Shown here: one piece after another, positions 1 through 13,537 of the stretch
Layout of the letters: each line of letters starts with the position of its first letter
Position numbering within the stretch: position 1 is the stretch's first letter
Assembly: GCA_951406725.2 (NCBI GenBank)
Contig: OX597836.1
Coordinates: 24,676,001-24,740,000 of the forward strand
Direction of reading: 5' to 3'
Length of the DNA stretch: 64,000 bases
Source of the DNA: Octopus vulgaris
Taxonomy: Eukaryota
Translations under genes and position numbers: made by a program
The notes under the pieces: model-generated
Told to the model about the DNA's origin: nothing
Database searches by the model: none
What the model saw: only the letters and a program-made list of their open reading frames with translations

Positions 1-897
1 TTCGGCAGAAAAACGTTCCCACAACTACTCTGTCATCTCCAGGAACATCACCCCACAAAAAACAAAAAAAAAAAAGCAAAAAAAAAAAAAAAAAGAGCAT
101 ATATGGGGAATTAAATAAAACCGTGATCGACCCTTAACAGGAAATGATTATATCAGACAAATTATTATGAACAAGTAGCAAATCCACGAGAATCCAAACA
201 GTCACTTTTATCCTTTTATTCTTTTACTCGTTTCAGCCATGCGGCTGCGGTCCTGCTGGAGCACCACTGTGGTTTTTTTTATTTCCTCAGTCTGGGGTAT
301 TTCACATCACCACTTCTGTATGTGCCTTTGTCCCAGCTGTTGGTTCATTTGGTGTATAAGGGAATTTGATTCCGCTGCCCTTGTCTGCACCTTATGTCGG
401 GTTGTTGGTTCATCCGGTATTGTCTAGTTCGATTTTTGCAGATTTCTTAATTTTTGTCGCAGTATTCGAGGTGTGTCCGTACAAAGAAGGAGAAAAGAGG
501 AATAATGACACCTTGTTCTCGGGACCCGAAGGTTCTTAGTATCTAGGAGCTCATCCTACGAACTATATCGACCTTATTGTTGATGGGGGCGCCCCAGCTG
601 AGTTTGTTATCAACAATGACTCCTATGTCTCTGACATTATTAGATGCTATGAGCGGTTCCCCTGAAGGAAGAGAGTATGGTTGTTTTAGCATAGACTTTC
701 TTCCAAAATGCATCAGCTCAAATTTTCCTTCGTAATGTAATTATAAAACCTGTAAATTACTAATGAGTTTGCTTAAATCAAAACATTTTAAACTAAAAAT
801 GAAGACATTTAATGATATGTAAGGTAAATAAACTGAAATTAAAAGAAAAAAAATTGTAAACTTTTTTACTGAAGGCGAATTTTTAATATATTTTCAG

Positions 898-1371
898 ATC
901 GTCAACACTCGGCCCAGTTGCCATTCGCTGAAGCCAGTCGTCGCTTTCTCAGCAACGTCATCAGGGGTGGATCCCTTGCTGGAGATGAAGCAACAAATTT
1001 GAATAGCTTCTCTCGTTCCAGGGACCACAGTAACAACAGTTATATTGTGAAGCACAAAGTATGGCCGGAACGCTTGCTGCTAACAGTCCTTGATGACAGC
1101 CTTTGCGTGATAAGCTCAACACTCGGCTTGAAGACCAAGTTCCTTGTTCTCAGTTTATTGGAATCCCTGTGTGGCAGTACCTTCGATAAGAATGCTCCGA
1201 CTGTAGGTCTTCAGACGTATTCTGTCAAAAGCCGGTTAGTCATGCCTCTGAAGAAGCCGGCAACGAAACACGAACTGCGACACGCTGTCTTATCTTACTA
1301 CACTCATTCTGTGAAACTTCTGCAGCTCGATCGTGCTTTGGACCGCACTGTGTCCATCTTAAATACAACCA
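898..1371 (+). CDS. Internal coding exon of a vWA-domain protein (N-terminal part of the domain); upstream exons not located in this window
   Basis: Acceptor ttttcAG (891-897) and donor GTAAGT (1372-1377) bound an open frame, phase 1 at both ends. The translation LLLTVLDDSLCV...KFLVLSLLESL...TVGLQTYS...MPLKKPATKHELRHAV...QLDRAL follows the vWA pattern (beta-A DxSxS, 'rVGvvqYS', 'fpL', 'l..Ai', 'AL'). Confidence 0.8.
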
Positions 1372-1423
1372 GTAAGTAAAACATTTGTTCATTGTTTTCC
1401 TTTTTACTTTTATCTTCATTTTA

Positions 1424-1580
1424 CGAGGGGGCGCTGAAAAGTTCCTGGATTTAAGGGTGTCGAGAAAGGCCTGGTTGGGGGCCCAACCTTCCGAGTTCTT
1501 ATATAGGGCTTAGAGAAAACTAAGGGACTGCTACAGTATTTTCTTTTAGCCAAAGCCAGAAACTTTCCAGCACCTCCTCA
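1424..1580. mobile_element. Non-autonomous mariner-like element
   Basis: Imperfect TIRs cgagggggcgctgaaaagttcctgg / ccagaaactttccagcacctcctca, with TA flanks. Confidence 0.75.
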
Positions 1581-2108
1581 TATCTTTTGACCTTTGATGC
1601 TGTCTCTTATTATTTATCAATTTAAAGAATGGACAAGATAAAACAGTCTAACATACCATACAATGGCATTGTGCAGGATAATATAAATTGAATACGGGGA
1701 GATAATATAAAGAAAATTGAATTGCAGAATTTTTAAGTAGAAATTTATATGTTTCGATACGAGACGATGTAAATGATGATTTCAGTGGAAAACCCATAAT
1801 ATTGAATCGATCCCAATAGATGGCTGGTGTTTACTTTTTCCGCCGCATTCTTGGCCACGAATTTCTCAGGTGGGTATTGTCAAATAAATAGTTCCAGTTA
1901 TATTATTTTATCGGCTACAGAGGAAAAAAAGACAAACCACCTTTGATGTGATTTGAACGAAGAAACCAAACGTGACGAAATTAAAGCCAAGAGATTATTC
2001 AGGATGCCGTACAAGTTCGGCCATTCAGCATGCTTAAGCTGGTTGCGCATTTGTTTCTATCATAAATCACACATTTTGAGGAGTGGAGAGTATAATCGAT
2101 CAACTACC

Positions 2109-2441
2109 GCATTTTAGGAGCACTCCGTCGGTTACGACGATGAGGGTCCCAGCTGATACGATCAATGGAACAGCTTGCTCGTGAAATTAACGTGTAAGTG
2201 ACTGAGCAATCCACAGACACGTGTACCCCTAACGTAGTTCTCAGGGAGATTCAGCGTGACACAGAGTGTGACAAGGCCGGCCCTTTGAAATACAGGTACA
2301 ACTCATTTTTGCCAGCTGAGTGGACTGGAGCAACGTGAAATAAAGTGTCTTGCTCAAGGACACAACGCATCGCCGGGAATCGAACTCACGACCTTACAAT
2401 CGTCAGTCGAATGCCCTAACCACTAAGCCACGCGCCTTCAC
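2109..2441 (-). mobile_element. tRNA-derived SINE family C with TSD caactacc. Other copies at 17580-17914 (-, TSD agttaacccct) and partial at 11216-11430 and 25670-25875 (+)
   Basis: Head ggcgcgtggcttagtggttagg...gagttcgattccc, followed by tgtgtccttgagcaagacac. Direct repeats at 2101-2108/2442-2449 and 17569-17579/17915-17925. Confidence 0.9.
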
Positions 2442-3626
2442 CAACTACCACATAATTGGTCCTTAAACGATGATAGCAGAAGGATAAAAGATAAAGTTAA
2501 CCACAGTGGAATTTTAACTCAAAACAATATGTTTTGTCCGTCACTCCATTGTGTTTGACTTTCTCCCCGTTTCATCGCTTGAAATATTGATTTCAAATTT
2601 TGGCACAAGGCCATCAAGTTCGAGAGAGGGGTAAATCGTTTCCATCAAACCCCAGTGTTCAACTGGTACTTATTTTATCGACCCCCGAATGAATGAAAGG
2701 CAAAGTCGATCTCGGCAGAATTTGAACTGAGAACGTAAACATGGACGAAATGCCGCTAAGCATTTCGTCTGGCACCGTAACCATTCTGCCAACTCGCCGC
2801 CTTTCATCGTTTAAAATATTGGTTTCAAATTTTGGCACAATGCCAGGAATTTCGGAGAAAGGGCTAAGTCGATAACATCTACCCCAGTACTCAACTGGTG
2901 CTTATTTTATTGATCCCGAAAGTATGAAAGACAAAGTCGACCTCAGTGGAATTTGAACTCAGAACGTGCAGGCAGACGAAATGTCGTCAAGCATTTTGTC
3001 CGGCATGCTAACGATTCCGCCAGCTCGTAGAAATATTAATAGTGAATTCCTACATGGGACACATGGCCTCAAGTTTGGGAGAAAGATATAGTTGATTAGA
3101 TCTACCTCATTACTCAACTCGTTCTTATTTTATCGATCTCAGGAGAACGAAAAGTGAAGTCGACCAGCTTAAGATTTGAACTCTGAACAACTGAATATCA
3201 CTTGCTATTTTCAACCTCATTCCATCCTTTCGGCCTTTCTTTATCTTTCTTGTCGCCCTAAATAAAAATGATTCCGTCTAAGTTAAGCACAAGCTTTGAG
3301 GAAGTGGGGTTAATCGCCTCTATCGATCTTCTGGAGTTGACTAGTACTTTATTTTATCGATCCTGGAGTAAGGAGAGGCTAAGCTGAGATCGGTAGGGGA
3401 ATGATCCGAGAGTGTAAAGTGATCTGAGAGCAAATACTGCAAGACATTTTGTTCGACGCTCTGTTGATTCTGCGAAACTTCTCAACTTTATATTAAAACC
3501 AGCATAAGGCACGGGACTGACCTAGATAAAAAAAAAGATAAAATAACTATTTCTTAGTTGTTTTCTCGAAAAAGGAAGATAACTTTTGATAATTTTACCG
3601 GTTACTATAATATATTGTGACTAATT

Positions 3627-3672
<46 letters not shown>

Positions 3673-4091
3673 GTAATAGTAATAATAATAATGATGATGA
3701 TGATGATGATGATGATGATTATTCAACCGGAAGAAATTGTAATCACAGCATCTGGTTATAGTTTCTCTTACACCCCACTCAGGAAACGAACCATATAAAA
3801 CGTTGTTTACTATCATTGCATAATTAAACACGACTCAATAAGTTTTTCATTTACAATAAAAGAAAAAAAAAAGTAAAAACAGCACGTCGACTGCTTTGTC
3901 CTCGCCATCCCGTGACGTTGGGTTTTACTACAAATGGTAGGGCTGAAACAACTCTGCACATTCCTTCGGATCATAAAATATAGCAAGGAGTGAGATATGG
4001 TCCTGTGTTGTATTTAACAGCAGAACTATCGTGTACTGTATTTGGTGGATATTCAGTGTATAGCCGCAAGCCCTTTACTGGTATAAACTTG

Positions 4092-4197
4092 ATAAGGCAC
4101 GTACCTTATAAATTATGTACCTCATAAAGGACGTACCTCATAAAGACAAACCTCATAAAGGACGTGCCTCATAAAGGACCTATCTCATAAAGCACGG
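4092..4197. repeat. 16-bp minisatellite (cctcataaaggacgta), about 6 units
   Basis: Direct tandem repetition visible in the sequence. Confidence 0.85.
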
Positions 4198-4931
4198 TCC
4201 TACACATAGATATTCCTCTATGTATGCGCTCGATCGGCTATAAATCGCAGCCAAATTTCCTTCGAACCACACTCTGCTACCTAAAATGGTTGGACACATT
4301 AGACACTGTAGTTCTAGATATATTATGGACAGAATGGTCATGGTTAGAATACTTTTGATTATGGCTCTACAGGATCAGAACTAACCTGTGCTTAAACAAC
4401 AAAAACAATACGAATGAGACGATGAAGTAACTGCCAGGCTTTGTTACAGCCTCTATGCAACTATTGTGGATCTGATTATATCACTCTGTGGTCAGTGGTT
4501 CATCTCTTGTCACTGATCTTTTAATCTATCCATGCCCAACACATTTAGTTCTTGTCTAGTTAGAAGTAGGTACGACGACATCGCATTAAACACGACATCA
4601 GATTTGTAAAATAGACATGTGTTTCATCCTGAACCTTCAGTATTGAATCCAATCCAGACAACAGTCGGATAGGCCACAGTCATATATTGAGGAAAGTTTG
4701 TTTCTCATTTGCTTAACACAACAGAAATGCCGACTTATTATTCCTGAGGCTGGAAATCGCTTTTGAACAAAACTGAGCAAAACAAAATAAAAAAATCTTT
4801 AATTTTACAAATTCATAGATTTAAAACTTATAAAAAAATTACTTTTAGGTTTTTTCTTTTTCCTTGATTTTAAGATTTTATCAGCGAGGCATTTCAAAGT
4901 TGACTGAAACTAATAAAAGATACATATAATA

Positions 4932-5343
4932 TACTCTTTTACTCTTTTACTCTCTTATTTGTTTCAGTCATTTGACTGCGGCCATGCTGGAGCACCGCCT
5001 TTAGTCGAGCAAATCGACCCCGGGACTTATTCTTTGTAAGCCCAGTACTTATTCTATCGGTCTCTTTTGCCGAACCGCTAAATAACGGAGACGTAAACAC
5101 ACCAGCATCGGTTGTCAAGCAATGCTAGGGGGACAAACACACAAACACATACACACATACACATATATATACATATATACGACAGGCTTCTTTCAGTTTC
5201 CGTCTACCAAATCCACTCACAAGGCATTGGTCGGCCCGGGGCTATAGCAGAAGACACTTGCCCAAGATGCCACGCAGTGGGACTGAACCCGGAACCATGT
5301 GGTTGGTTAGCAAGCTACTTACCACACAGCCACTCCTGCGCCT
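4932..5343 (-). mobile_element. tRNA-derived SINE family A. Other copies near 19137-19530, 38172-38590, 39100-39494 and 47052-47473 (-), 46263-46642 and 9363-9780 (+), and a diverged copy at 8968-9310 (-)
   Basis: Head with A box tggctgtgtgg and B box ggttcagtccc, an internal CA/TA microsatellite and an (agagtaaa)n tail. Several copies are near-identical and produce the recurrent 'MSSNARGTNT...' pseudo-ORFs. Confidence 0.9.
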
Positions 5344-6311
5344 ATATATGTACGTATAATTACAAATTAACGCAAAACATTTTGTCCGACGCACTAACGG
5401 TTCTGCTAATCCACAGCTCTAATCTAGTGATAATAAATAATGATTTCTGATTGAGACAGAAGACCGATAATTCTGAGGGAAGAGGATTAGTCGATGCCAT
5501 GAGCCATAATACTTGTCTAGTATTCCATTTAGTCCGTCTCAGAGAGAAGAAAGACGAAGTTGGTCACGGTGGAATTTGAACTCAGAATTTAAAGATCCAT
5601 CTAAAAATGCAGCAAGTCATTTAATCCGACTCTTTAGAGATTCAACTAATCCACCATACTATTAATAACAATAATCCTTTCACAAGACCAGCAATTCCGG
5701 GGCTGAGTGGGGTGGGGAATAAGTCGATTATATCGACCCCAGTACGTAACTGCTACTTATTTTATCGGCCCCGAAAGGATGACAGGCAAAGTCGACCTCG
5801 GCGGAATTTGAACTCGGAACGTAAGGAGCTAAGCATTTTATCTGACGTGCAAACGATTCAGCCAACTCACCACCTTCCGCCTTACTAATATTAATTAGAT
5901 GCAAAACGAACAAGAATAGTTAAATAAATAAAACAATAAAAAGCTAGGTGGCTACGAGCAGGAACCCAAATCTTGTTAGCAACCGCAACCCACATGATGC
6001 GTGGGTGGGTGGACCCTAATATTTATTCCTTGTTTCCTTCTCTAACCCGAGAAAGTGACCTTTTCAGCTTGTGTTCTCTCCTTATTTATAGTTTCCTTTT
6101 TATCTCGCTAACGGCTTGTTTATTGACCCTTTCGTAAGGAAGCGGGGAAAGGTCTGTGCGACACCCGTTTGTGTAACCTAACCTTACTCCTTTACGATAT
6201 ACTGTGTCAGTTATGAGTGAAGGAACGAGGAGGAAAGAGAAGAGAAGGATAGTAAGAAGCAAGGGAAATGGGTGATTTAGCATGCCTTCTTTATGCATGT
6301 TATATATAGAA

Positions 6312-6708
6312 CTAGCAGTATCGCCCGGCGTTGCTCGGGTTTGTAAGGGAAATAACTATATAAGCATTTTTAGAGAGTTATAGCAAAAAAATAGCAAAAA
6401 AATGCATTAAAAATGGAAAAAAAATTATGGTAAATTTTTTTTTTAATCGTTGACTCATCGTAGACATTTTTAGAGAGTTACTTCCCTTATATAATAGCGA
6501 AAAAATGCATTAAAATGGAAAAAAATGATGGTAATTTTTTTTTAAATCGTAGACTCATCGTAGACGCGCGCTAATACCCAGAAGGGCTCGATAGGAATCA
6601 CGACTATAAGATACCCGGTTTTGGTTAAACTGCACCGCAAAATGTGGGAGTAGTTAGGAATCTAAATCGTAGGAGACAGACACACAACTTGACTTTTATA
6701 TATAAAGA
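6312..6708 (-). mobile_element. Non-autonomous Helitron
   Basis: The minus strand begins TC after an A and ends with the hairpin cccgagcaacgccggg plus CTAG before a T. Contains an internal tandem duplication of about 100 bp. Confidence 0.8.
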
Positions 6709-9700
6709 TATTTCAGACATAGGCAACCTTTTACGAGAAGCAGGCTGGTTTACAACAAATGTTGCAAATGTTTGTATATTTACGGTAATGTAAGGGACCA
6801 CAACGAAACTTGTGAAAGCGTCAAACTGATAGGATCGTTACCGCACCGGACGAAATATTTGGCGGGCATTTCTCCAACGCTCTTCAATCTTTCATAAGTA
6901 CCAGTTGATCACCGGGGTCAATGAAATAGGCTGGATCTACCCCGTCCTCAAAATTTCGGGCCAAAAAGAATTATACAAAACTTGTAATTAATCCTTTTGC
7001 CGAACCGCTAAGATACAGGGGCATAATCACACCAATACCTATTTCTTTATTACTCAAAAGGGGCTAAACACAGAGGGGACAAACAAGGACAGACATAGGT
7101 ATTAAGTCGATTACATCGACCCCAGTGCGTAACTGGTACTTAATTTATCGATCCCGAAAGGATAAAAGGTAAAGTTAAGCAATGTTGGGACACACACACA
7201 TACACTAATATATATATATATATACAGGACGAATTTCTTTCAATTTCCGTCTGCTAAATCCACTCATAAGACTTTGGGTGACCCAAAATGCCACGCAGTG
7301 GAACTGAAACCGGAACGATGTTGTTGAGAAGCAAACTTCTAACACCTCCATCCTAGTGATGATGTTCATGTTGATGATAACGAAATCGAGACTAAATATA
7401 AAGAATTTGAGGTTGATGTTGATGAAATTTAGGTTGTCAATATCAAAGCTGAGGGGCAAACCGAGTATATCTATATATGTATCAAAAGTAATTGGGTCTC
7501 CGTCGGTTTCAACGATGAGTAATGAGTTGTTCGATCAACCGAACACTCAGTGAATTAATGTATGTGGTACTGAGTATTGCACAGACACGCGCTTCTCCTT
7601 AACGTAATTCTTAGTTAGAAACCGCCTAAGAGCGCACGTGACAAGGTCACCTCTGTGTATGATGTTCACCTGACGGGCTTTCCATCCACTCAGTTTCGCC
7701 CACAACGTATAAGGCTGGAAAAAGTTACAGCAAAACAAACTCGGAAATCAAGGATCGATCCGGGTCTTCCTGATTCAAAGCGAATTCACTATTGCAGGCA
7801 CGCACGTACACACACACACACACATACACACAAACACAAACACACACACACACACACTTATATTATTTCCTTTACATATTTATTTTTCCACAACTGCTCA
7901 CGCCTATTAGTTTGGGCTCCAGGGAGACATCTCAAATACCAGAGACCAAAGTGTTCACTGATATTCGTGAAACTCCGAGTCGTAAGAGATATTAATTTCA
8001 GCTCTACCATATATATTTACACACTGCATCTCTGTTGAGTACTTCTTTCTCTTGATTCTTAACTCACGCATATACACACATATATACACATACATATATG
8101 TGCGTGTGCGTTATCTGCAATGCCTCCCAGTAAGATAATGTCTACGAAAATAAAGATAGGTCATCGGTTGTGTCTGTTGAAAACAACAGTCATTCTATGA
8201 TTAATATAATTATCTCTTTAAATGTCTATTTTGGTCTCAAATAAAGTCTGCTTTAAGAGAGAAACAGCATTTACCAAAGTCATTAAGTATATTTCCATGA
8301 GCAGATATGCTTTACCAATATGGCTTCTAGGTTCAAATCACACTGCAAATTTAAAATAAAAAACATTTAAAAAAGTCAACCATGCCGCCGCTTTATCGTA
8401 TAACTTTGTTCATTTAGCTGGCCCCCAAATCTCTATCATAGAAATCCTTACCATAAATTCCACTAGGCCCCCTCCTCTCCTCAATAATGAGTAGCGTTGT
8501 TTTATGTTAGAGACTCCCCCCACCATTATCATTTTCTTATGGCAGTGACTGGTGGAATCTGTAGAGTATGGTACAAGTTGCGTCTCTTTAGATTCTGGGT
8601 TCAATTCTCACTGAGGTCAAATTTGAATTTCAGCTACCCTGTGTGTTAAAATAAGTCCCAGTGGTGTATTATGATATATTTCATGGACTATGTTCTCTCC
8701 TACAAATTCCTGCTTTATTCAAATTTATGAAATAATCGGAGTTTAACATGCCTTTCAAGTGAGTTTATCAGGGACCGCGTGTTAAACCTGAAGTAAATAC
8801 ATCGTGAAAGAACCGTTTAGTAATAAACAAAACTGTTAAATTCCCTTAAATACTTGGTGTATTATTAAATGGCTATTCCGCGATGCAGTTGCTTCAGATA
8901 TCTTCACCATTGTCATTTACTTTCCCTAACTTATACATATATTATATGTATCTTTTATCTATTATTAATTTCAGTCATCAGACTACGGCCATACTGGAGC
9001 GCCGCCTTGAAGAATTTTCTAGTCGAATAAATCGAGCCTCGTACTTTTTAAAGTACTTATTACCTTTTTTTTATTTATTCTATCGGTCACTTTTGTCGAG
9101 CCGCTAAGTGCGGTGATGGGGGACAAATACACACACAAAGACACGCATACACAAAGATACAAATATATACATCGGGCTTCTTTCAGTTTCTATCTATTAA
9201 ATTTGCACACAAAGGTTTGGTCGGTACGAAGCTTTAGTAGAATGCACCCGCCCAAAGTGTTACGCGGTGGGACTGAACCCTGTACCAAGCTCTTTACTAC
9301 ACAGCCACGCCAACATACGCTCACAGATGCTCGCACACCCATACATTGTCTTAAGCGTATTATGCGCGGGCGTGGCTCTTTGGTAAGAAGCTTGCTTCAC
9401 AAACCACATGGTTCCAGGCCGAGTTTCACTGCTCGGCACCTTGAACAAGAGTTTTCTACTATAGCCCCGGCCCGACCAAAGCCTTGTGAGAGGATTTAGT
9501 TGATGGAAACTAAAAGAATGCCATGATATATATATATATATTGAGAGAGTGAGTGAGAGAGAGAGATGTATGTATGTATGTATGTATGTATGTATGTATG
9601 TATGTATGTATGTATGTATGTATGTATGCCTTTGTGTCTGCCTCCATCCACAGCTTGACAGCCGGCGTTGGTGTAGTTACGTCCCCGTAAATTAACGGTT

Positions 9701-9934
9701 CGGCAAACGCGATCGATAGAATAATTACCAGGTTTAAAAGAGTACATGGCTGCAGTCCAATGATTGGAACAAGTAAACGACAAAAGATAAAAGCGCCTAG
9801 ATGCTGCACCAGAGAACACTAGGACACTTATCCAGTAGAAACACGTGTCGGATTGGAATTTAGTGGAATGTGCAAATTTTGAAAATGTATAATTCTTCAT
9901 TCTTCTTAATGAAGTTTTGATTTTGTGTATATAT

Positions 9935-10145
9935 GGAGGCGCAATGGCCTAGTGGTTAGGGCAGCGGACTCGCGGTCGCAGGATCGCGGTTTCGATTCTC
10001 AGACCGGGCGTTGTGTGTGTTTATTGAGCGAAAACACCTAAAAGCTCTACGAGGCTCCGGCAGGGGGTGGTGATCCCTGCTGTACTCTTTCACCACAATG
10101 GCGGTGCCCCAGCATGGCCACAGCTCAAGAGCTGAAACTGGAAAA
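9935..10145 (+). mobile_element. tRNA-derived SINE family D. Related copies at 33647-33764 (-) and 28570-28860 (+)
   Basis: ggcgcaatggcctagtggttagggc...ggtttcgattc with A and B boxes; shared gaccgggcgttg...tattgagc. Confidence 0.8.
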
Positions 10146-10160
10146 AACAAAAACAAAAAC

Positions 10161-10199
<39 letters not shown>

Positions 10200-10822
10200 T
10201 GCGTACAGGTCAATGTGCAGACATTGACCAGATAACGTTGAGCCTAAGGGTCTGTGAGTCATATCAACCTCTCTATTATGACACGGCCTACCATAGGTAT
10301 TGCCTCACCTCCTTTTGATTAACTTATATAAAAAAAAAATAATTAAACAATTCTTAGTCGGGAATTAATTTGACTCTGTCTCTGGCTCCTACCAGACGTT
10401 CTTCAGGCGATACATATAAAAATGAACAGTTGAAGAACTGTATACTAACAACAGAGAGAGAGAGAGAGAGAGTATCCCGACATGGCGACAGGAGGCCGAT
10501 TATAATGTTGATACAGCACGGAGTAACATCCGTCTATGTCACCGAGTGAAGTTTACTGGGTCGAACTGACACAAGGAAAGATAACGGGGGGAACTGTGTA
10601 ACTTTGTTTGTATTTCCTCGTGCCACAGACGATAAGTACAACTCCTCTAAACTGGATGTCCTTGGGGCAAAGCAAGACTATTTTCGAGTATCACTTTCGT
10701 CTTTTAACTCTTCACTCTCGCTATTATTGTTGTTGCTGCTTTTGTTGTTGTTCCTGCTGCTTTTGTTATTTTTAATCAATTAACACCTTACCCTTGAAAC
10801 TGTTGACCTCATTCTTGAATTA

Positions 10823-10963
10823 TAAGGTTGTCCCAAAAGTTCGTAGAAAGTCTTGGAAAATAATGGTCTTTATTTTGAGGAATAATTTTTGTTGTTTTTG
10901 TTAGTACTTGGCGAGTAAAAATTCAATTTTCGCAAGTGTTTACGAACTTTTGGGACAACCTAA
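10823..10963. mobile_element. 141-bp mariner-type MITE in the vWA gene intron
   Basis: Terminal inverted repeats taaggttgtcccaaaagttcgta / tacgaacttttgggacaacctaa, with TA on both flanks. Confidence 0.9.
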
Positions 10964-11480
10964 TATTATTATTGGTAAAATTTTACCAAAATTTTAAATT
11001 CCTCTGAATTTATTGTATTACAATTTATGTCCAACTCCCGTTTACGATATTTATGTACAGTCTCACATAATGTGTAAACCCTTTGAATGACACGTTTTGT
11101 ATTATGTTTATGAACATCTGTACGAATAAAGAAATGATTGAGTCTAATCTGTCGGTTTTAGCAAGGCGCAGGCAATTAGAGAAGTTTGCAGAGCGATTAG
11201 AATGTGTCCTTCAGCTAGACACTTTATATCACGTTGCTCCAGTCCACTCAGCTGGCAAAAATGAGTTGTACAGCCTGTATTTCAAGGGGACAGCCTTGTT
11301 ACATTCCGTGTCACACTGACTCTCCCTGAGAACTACATTAAGGGTACATGTGTCAGTGGAGTGCTCAGCCACATGCACGTTAATATCACGAACATGCCGT
11401 TCCGTTGATCGGATCAACTGGAATACTCGTGGCCAGCGCGTGCATGTATGCATGCATGCATGTATGTATGTATGTATATA

Positions 11481-11670
11481 AAGGGAAAGTTTACGAAAAT
11501 AAACAAAAAGACGAAGGCAGGTGGAGTACAAACAAATAAATGTATTAGTATAGCGCTCAGGAATAGAAAAAGTCTTTTACGTTTCGAGCCTACGCTCTTC
11601 GACAGAAAGATACACAGAAAAAAACAAGGAGAGAAAAAATGCGTGTAGGAGCTAACGATCTATCATGGCG
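11481..11670 (-). mobile_element. Short hammerhead-bearing element (family with 21841-22020 and 26980-27064)
   Basis: Shared aacaaa...tatta.t...cgctcaggaa block followed by the hammerhead-like motif; abuts a TATG/TA microsatellite. Confidence 0.55.
11573..11610 (-). ncRNA. Minimal hammerhead-like motif with variant core CUGUCGAA
   Basis: Minus strand: tcttt-CTGTCGAA-gagc(gtag)gctc-GAAAC-GTA-aaaga. Perfect 5-bp stem I and 4-bp stem II. Confidence 0.7.
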
Positions 11671-12194
11671 TCCTGACTCCATGCCTTTGTGTCTGCCTCC
11701 ATCCACAGTTTGACAACCGGCGGAAGGAAAAAAAGACACAGCGCTTAGGATTTGCTTGACTCTTAAACTTTGCGAGACACAAAGCACGTTATTCGTAATA
11801 GGAACGGAAGCTAGTTGTCAGGTACGGGTGGTAGAACTCCACACTTCGATATTTGGCGGACTGCAGAAGGTGCATGCTATTCTATTCCAAGATGAGTAGG
11901 CTCTTATCAGCGGTATTTTTGCCAAATCTTCTGCAAGCAGCGACGGACTAGAAATGGTGTATGCTAATATCTACCATAACGATCTACCCCGACTCTCAGT
12001 CGAAAACGCAGACTACAACTAAAAACATATTCCAGCACTGTAATCTTGAAAATTTGAATCAGCTGTGCCACGGACAAGAAGCCGGTACTGGTTCCACTGC
12101 GAATTATAGAGTTTCATGTTAAACTTGTACACTTCTGTCTTAATGGCCGTCCATAAATGATAATTGGCATTTAGACATGTCGTATTCTGCTGCT

Positions 12195-12920
12195 AGGACT
12201 GCATCCCAAGTTGTATGGCTCTAATAGTAATGTCACAGATGGAGAAGAATCCAAACGAGGAGGATATAATAAACAGGTTGAAGACCAAAACTCTACTTAA
12301 CACAGAGTTAAAGATTTTGGCAAAAGTGCTCGATAAGAGATTTGCGCTTGTCGGAGACAGTATAGTAGGATAAACACAAATCTGAGCGATTCCCCGCATG
12401 TCTATGTAGCTTTTGGGGGCCCTTATCAATCTCTGTCTGCTAAACCGCACAACAGGACGCCTATTACTAACTAGTAACTGTTCTAGACAAAGCACGTTTT
12501 TTTAGTCCCATCTTCTAACGTTGGATCACTACAATGTACAGCGGCATTTGTTTAATGGTTAAACTAAACGGCCTCCTATCAGAACCGTTTCGTATCGTGC
12601 GCTCGGTGCCCTAAAGATACCCCTAATTCACCTCTACAGTATGTAATAACGTTAGAGTCTTTTTGGTTGCTGGAAGCGAAGGGCTGTGTCGGCAAGCATA
12701 GAGAACATTATTGTCATGGTGTGTGACACATCGGATATCAAATTGGTTGGTACTATTTTAGAAAAGCACGAGGAAATATTAGGATTACATGTTAGTAGGG
12801 ATTATTCAACGGCTTATAACTCATCGTCAGCAGGGATAAAGTTACGTGGGATGGTGGTTTCTGTTACTGAACTTAGGGTCCAGTTAAGCTGCTTTGGATT
12901 TGTTTCGAGCCAAATCTTAC
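12195..12920 (+). mobile_element. Decayed L1/Tx1-clade LINE reverse transcriptase fragment
   Basis: TLLNTELKILAKVLDKRF...TQI*AIP and VKLNGLLSEPFRIVRSVP*RYP correspond to the RT motifs 'ITLLNxDYKILAK' and 'SVRQGCPLSP'. Contains stops and frameshifts. Confidence 0.8.
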
Positions 12921-13537
12921 GACTCTTTATGTACAGTGTTCAAATCCCGCCGAGATGAACCTTGCCTTTCATTCTTCTGGAGTCGATAAAATAAAGAATC
13001 ACTCAAGTACTGGGGTCGATATAATCGACTGATACCTTCCACCAAAATTTCTAGCCTTCCCCAAGAAACTGTTGTTGTTCTTGTTGTTGTCGGGATTGGC
13101 AGAATCGCTAGAACGTCGAACTTGCGGCATCCGTCCGTCGTCTCTTCAAGTTCTGAGTTTCAAATCCCACACAGGACAGCCTCTGCCTTTCATCCAGTCG
13201 AAGTCGACGTGAAAAAGTACCAGTCATACACTGGGGTTGGTATAATCAACTTACAACCCACCAAAATTTGTTTAACCTGTACATATGTTAGAAATTATTG
13301 TAGTAGTAGTAGTAGTAGTAGCAGCAGCAGCGGCAGCACCTACCAGCAGCTACAAAATCCCATCACTGTCACTATCAATGCAATATCATCATCATCATCA
13401 ACATTGCCATCATCACTTTTTTTTCTTGTATTGTTTCTCTTATTGTATTTTGTTGTATCATTTGTCTTGTTGCTTGCAGACAGAATTCTGTTCCTTTGTG
13501 ATTAAGAAATGGGTAATATAACTATATATATATATAT

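Noticed and set aside
5112-5450. Recurrent 'MSSNARGTNT...AIAEDTCPRCHAVGLNPEPCG' ORF family (also 19307, 38352, 39269, 47218)
   Set aside because: Antisense reading of SINE-A copies; the frame shifts with the length of the internal microsatellite.
9935-10010. tRNA-like sequences (also at 2370-2441, 17845-17914 and 33700-33764)
   Set aside because: These are SINE heads that run on into SINE bodies; no complete acceptor stem or Pol III terminator was seen.
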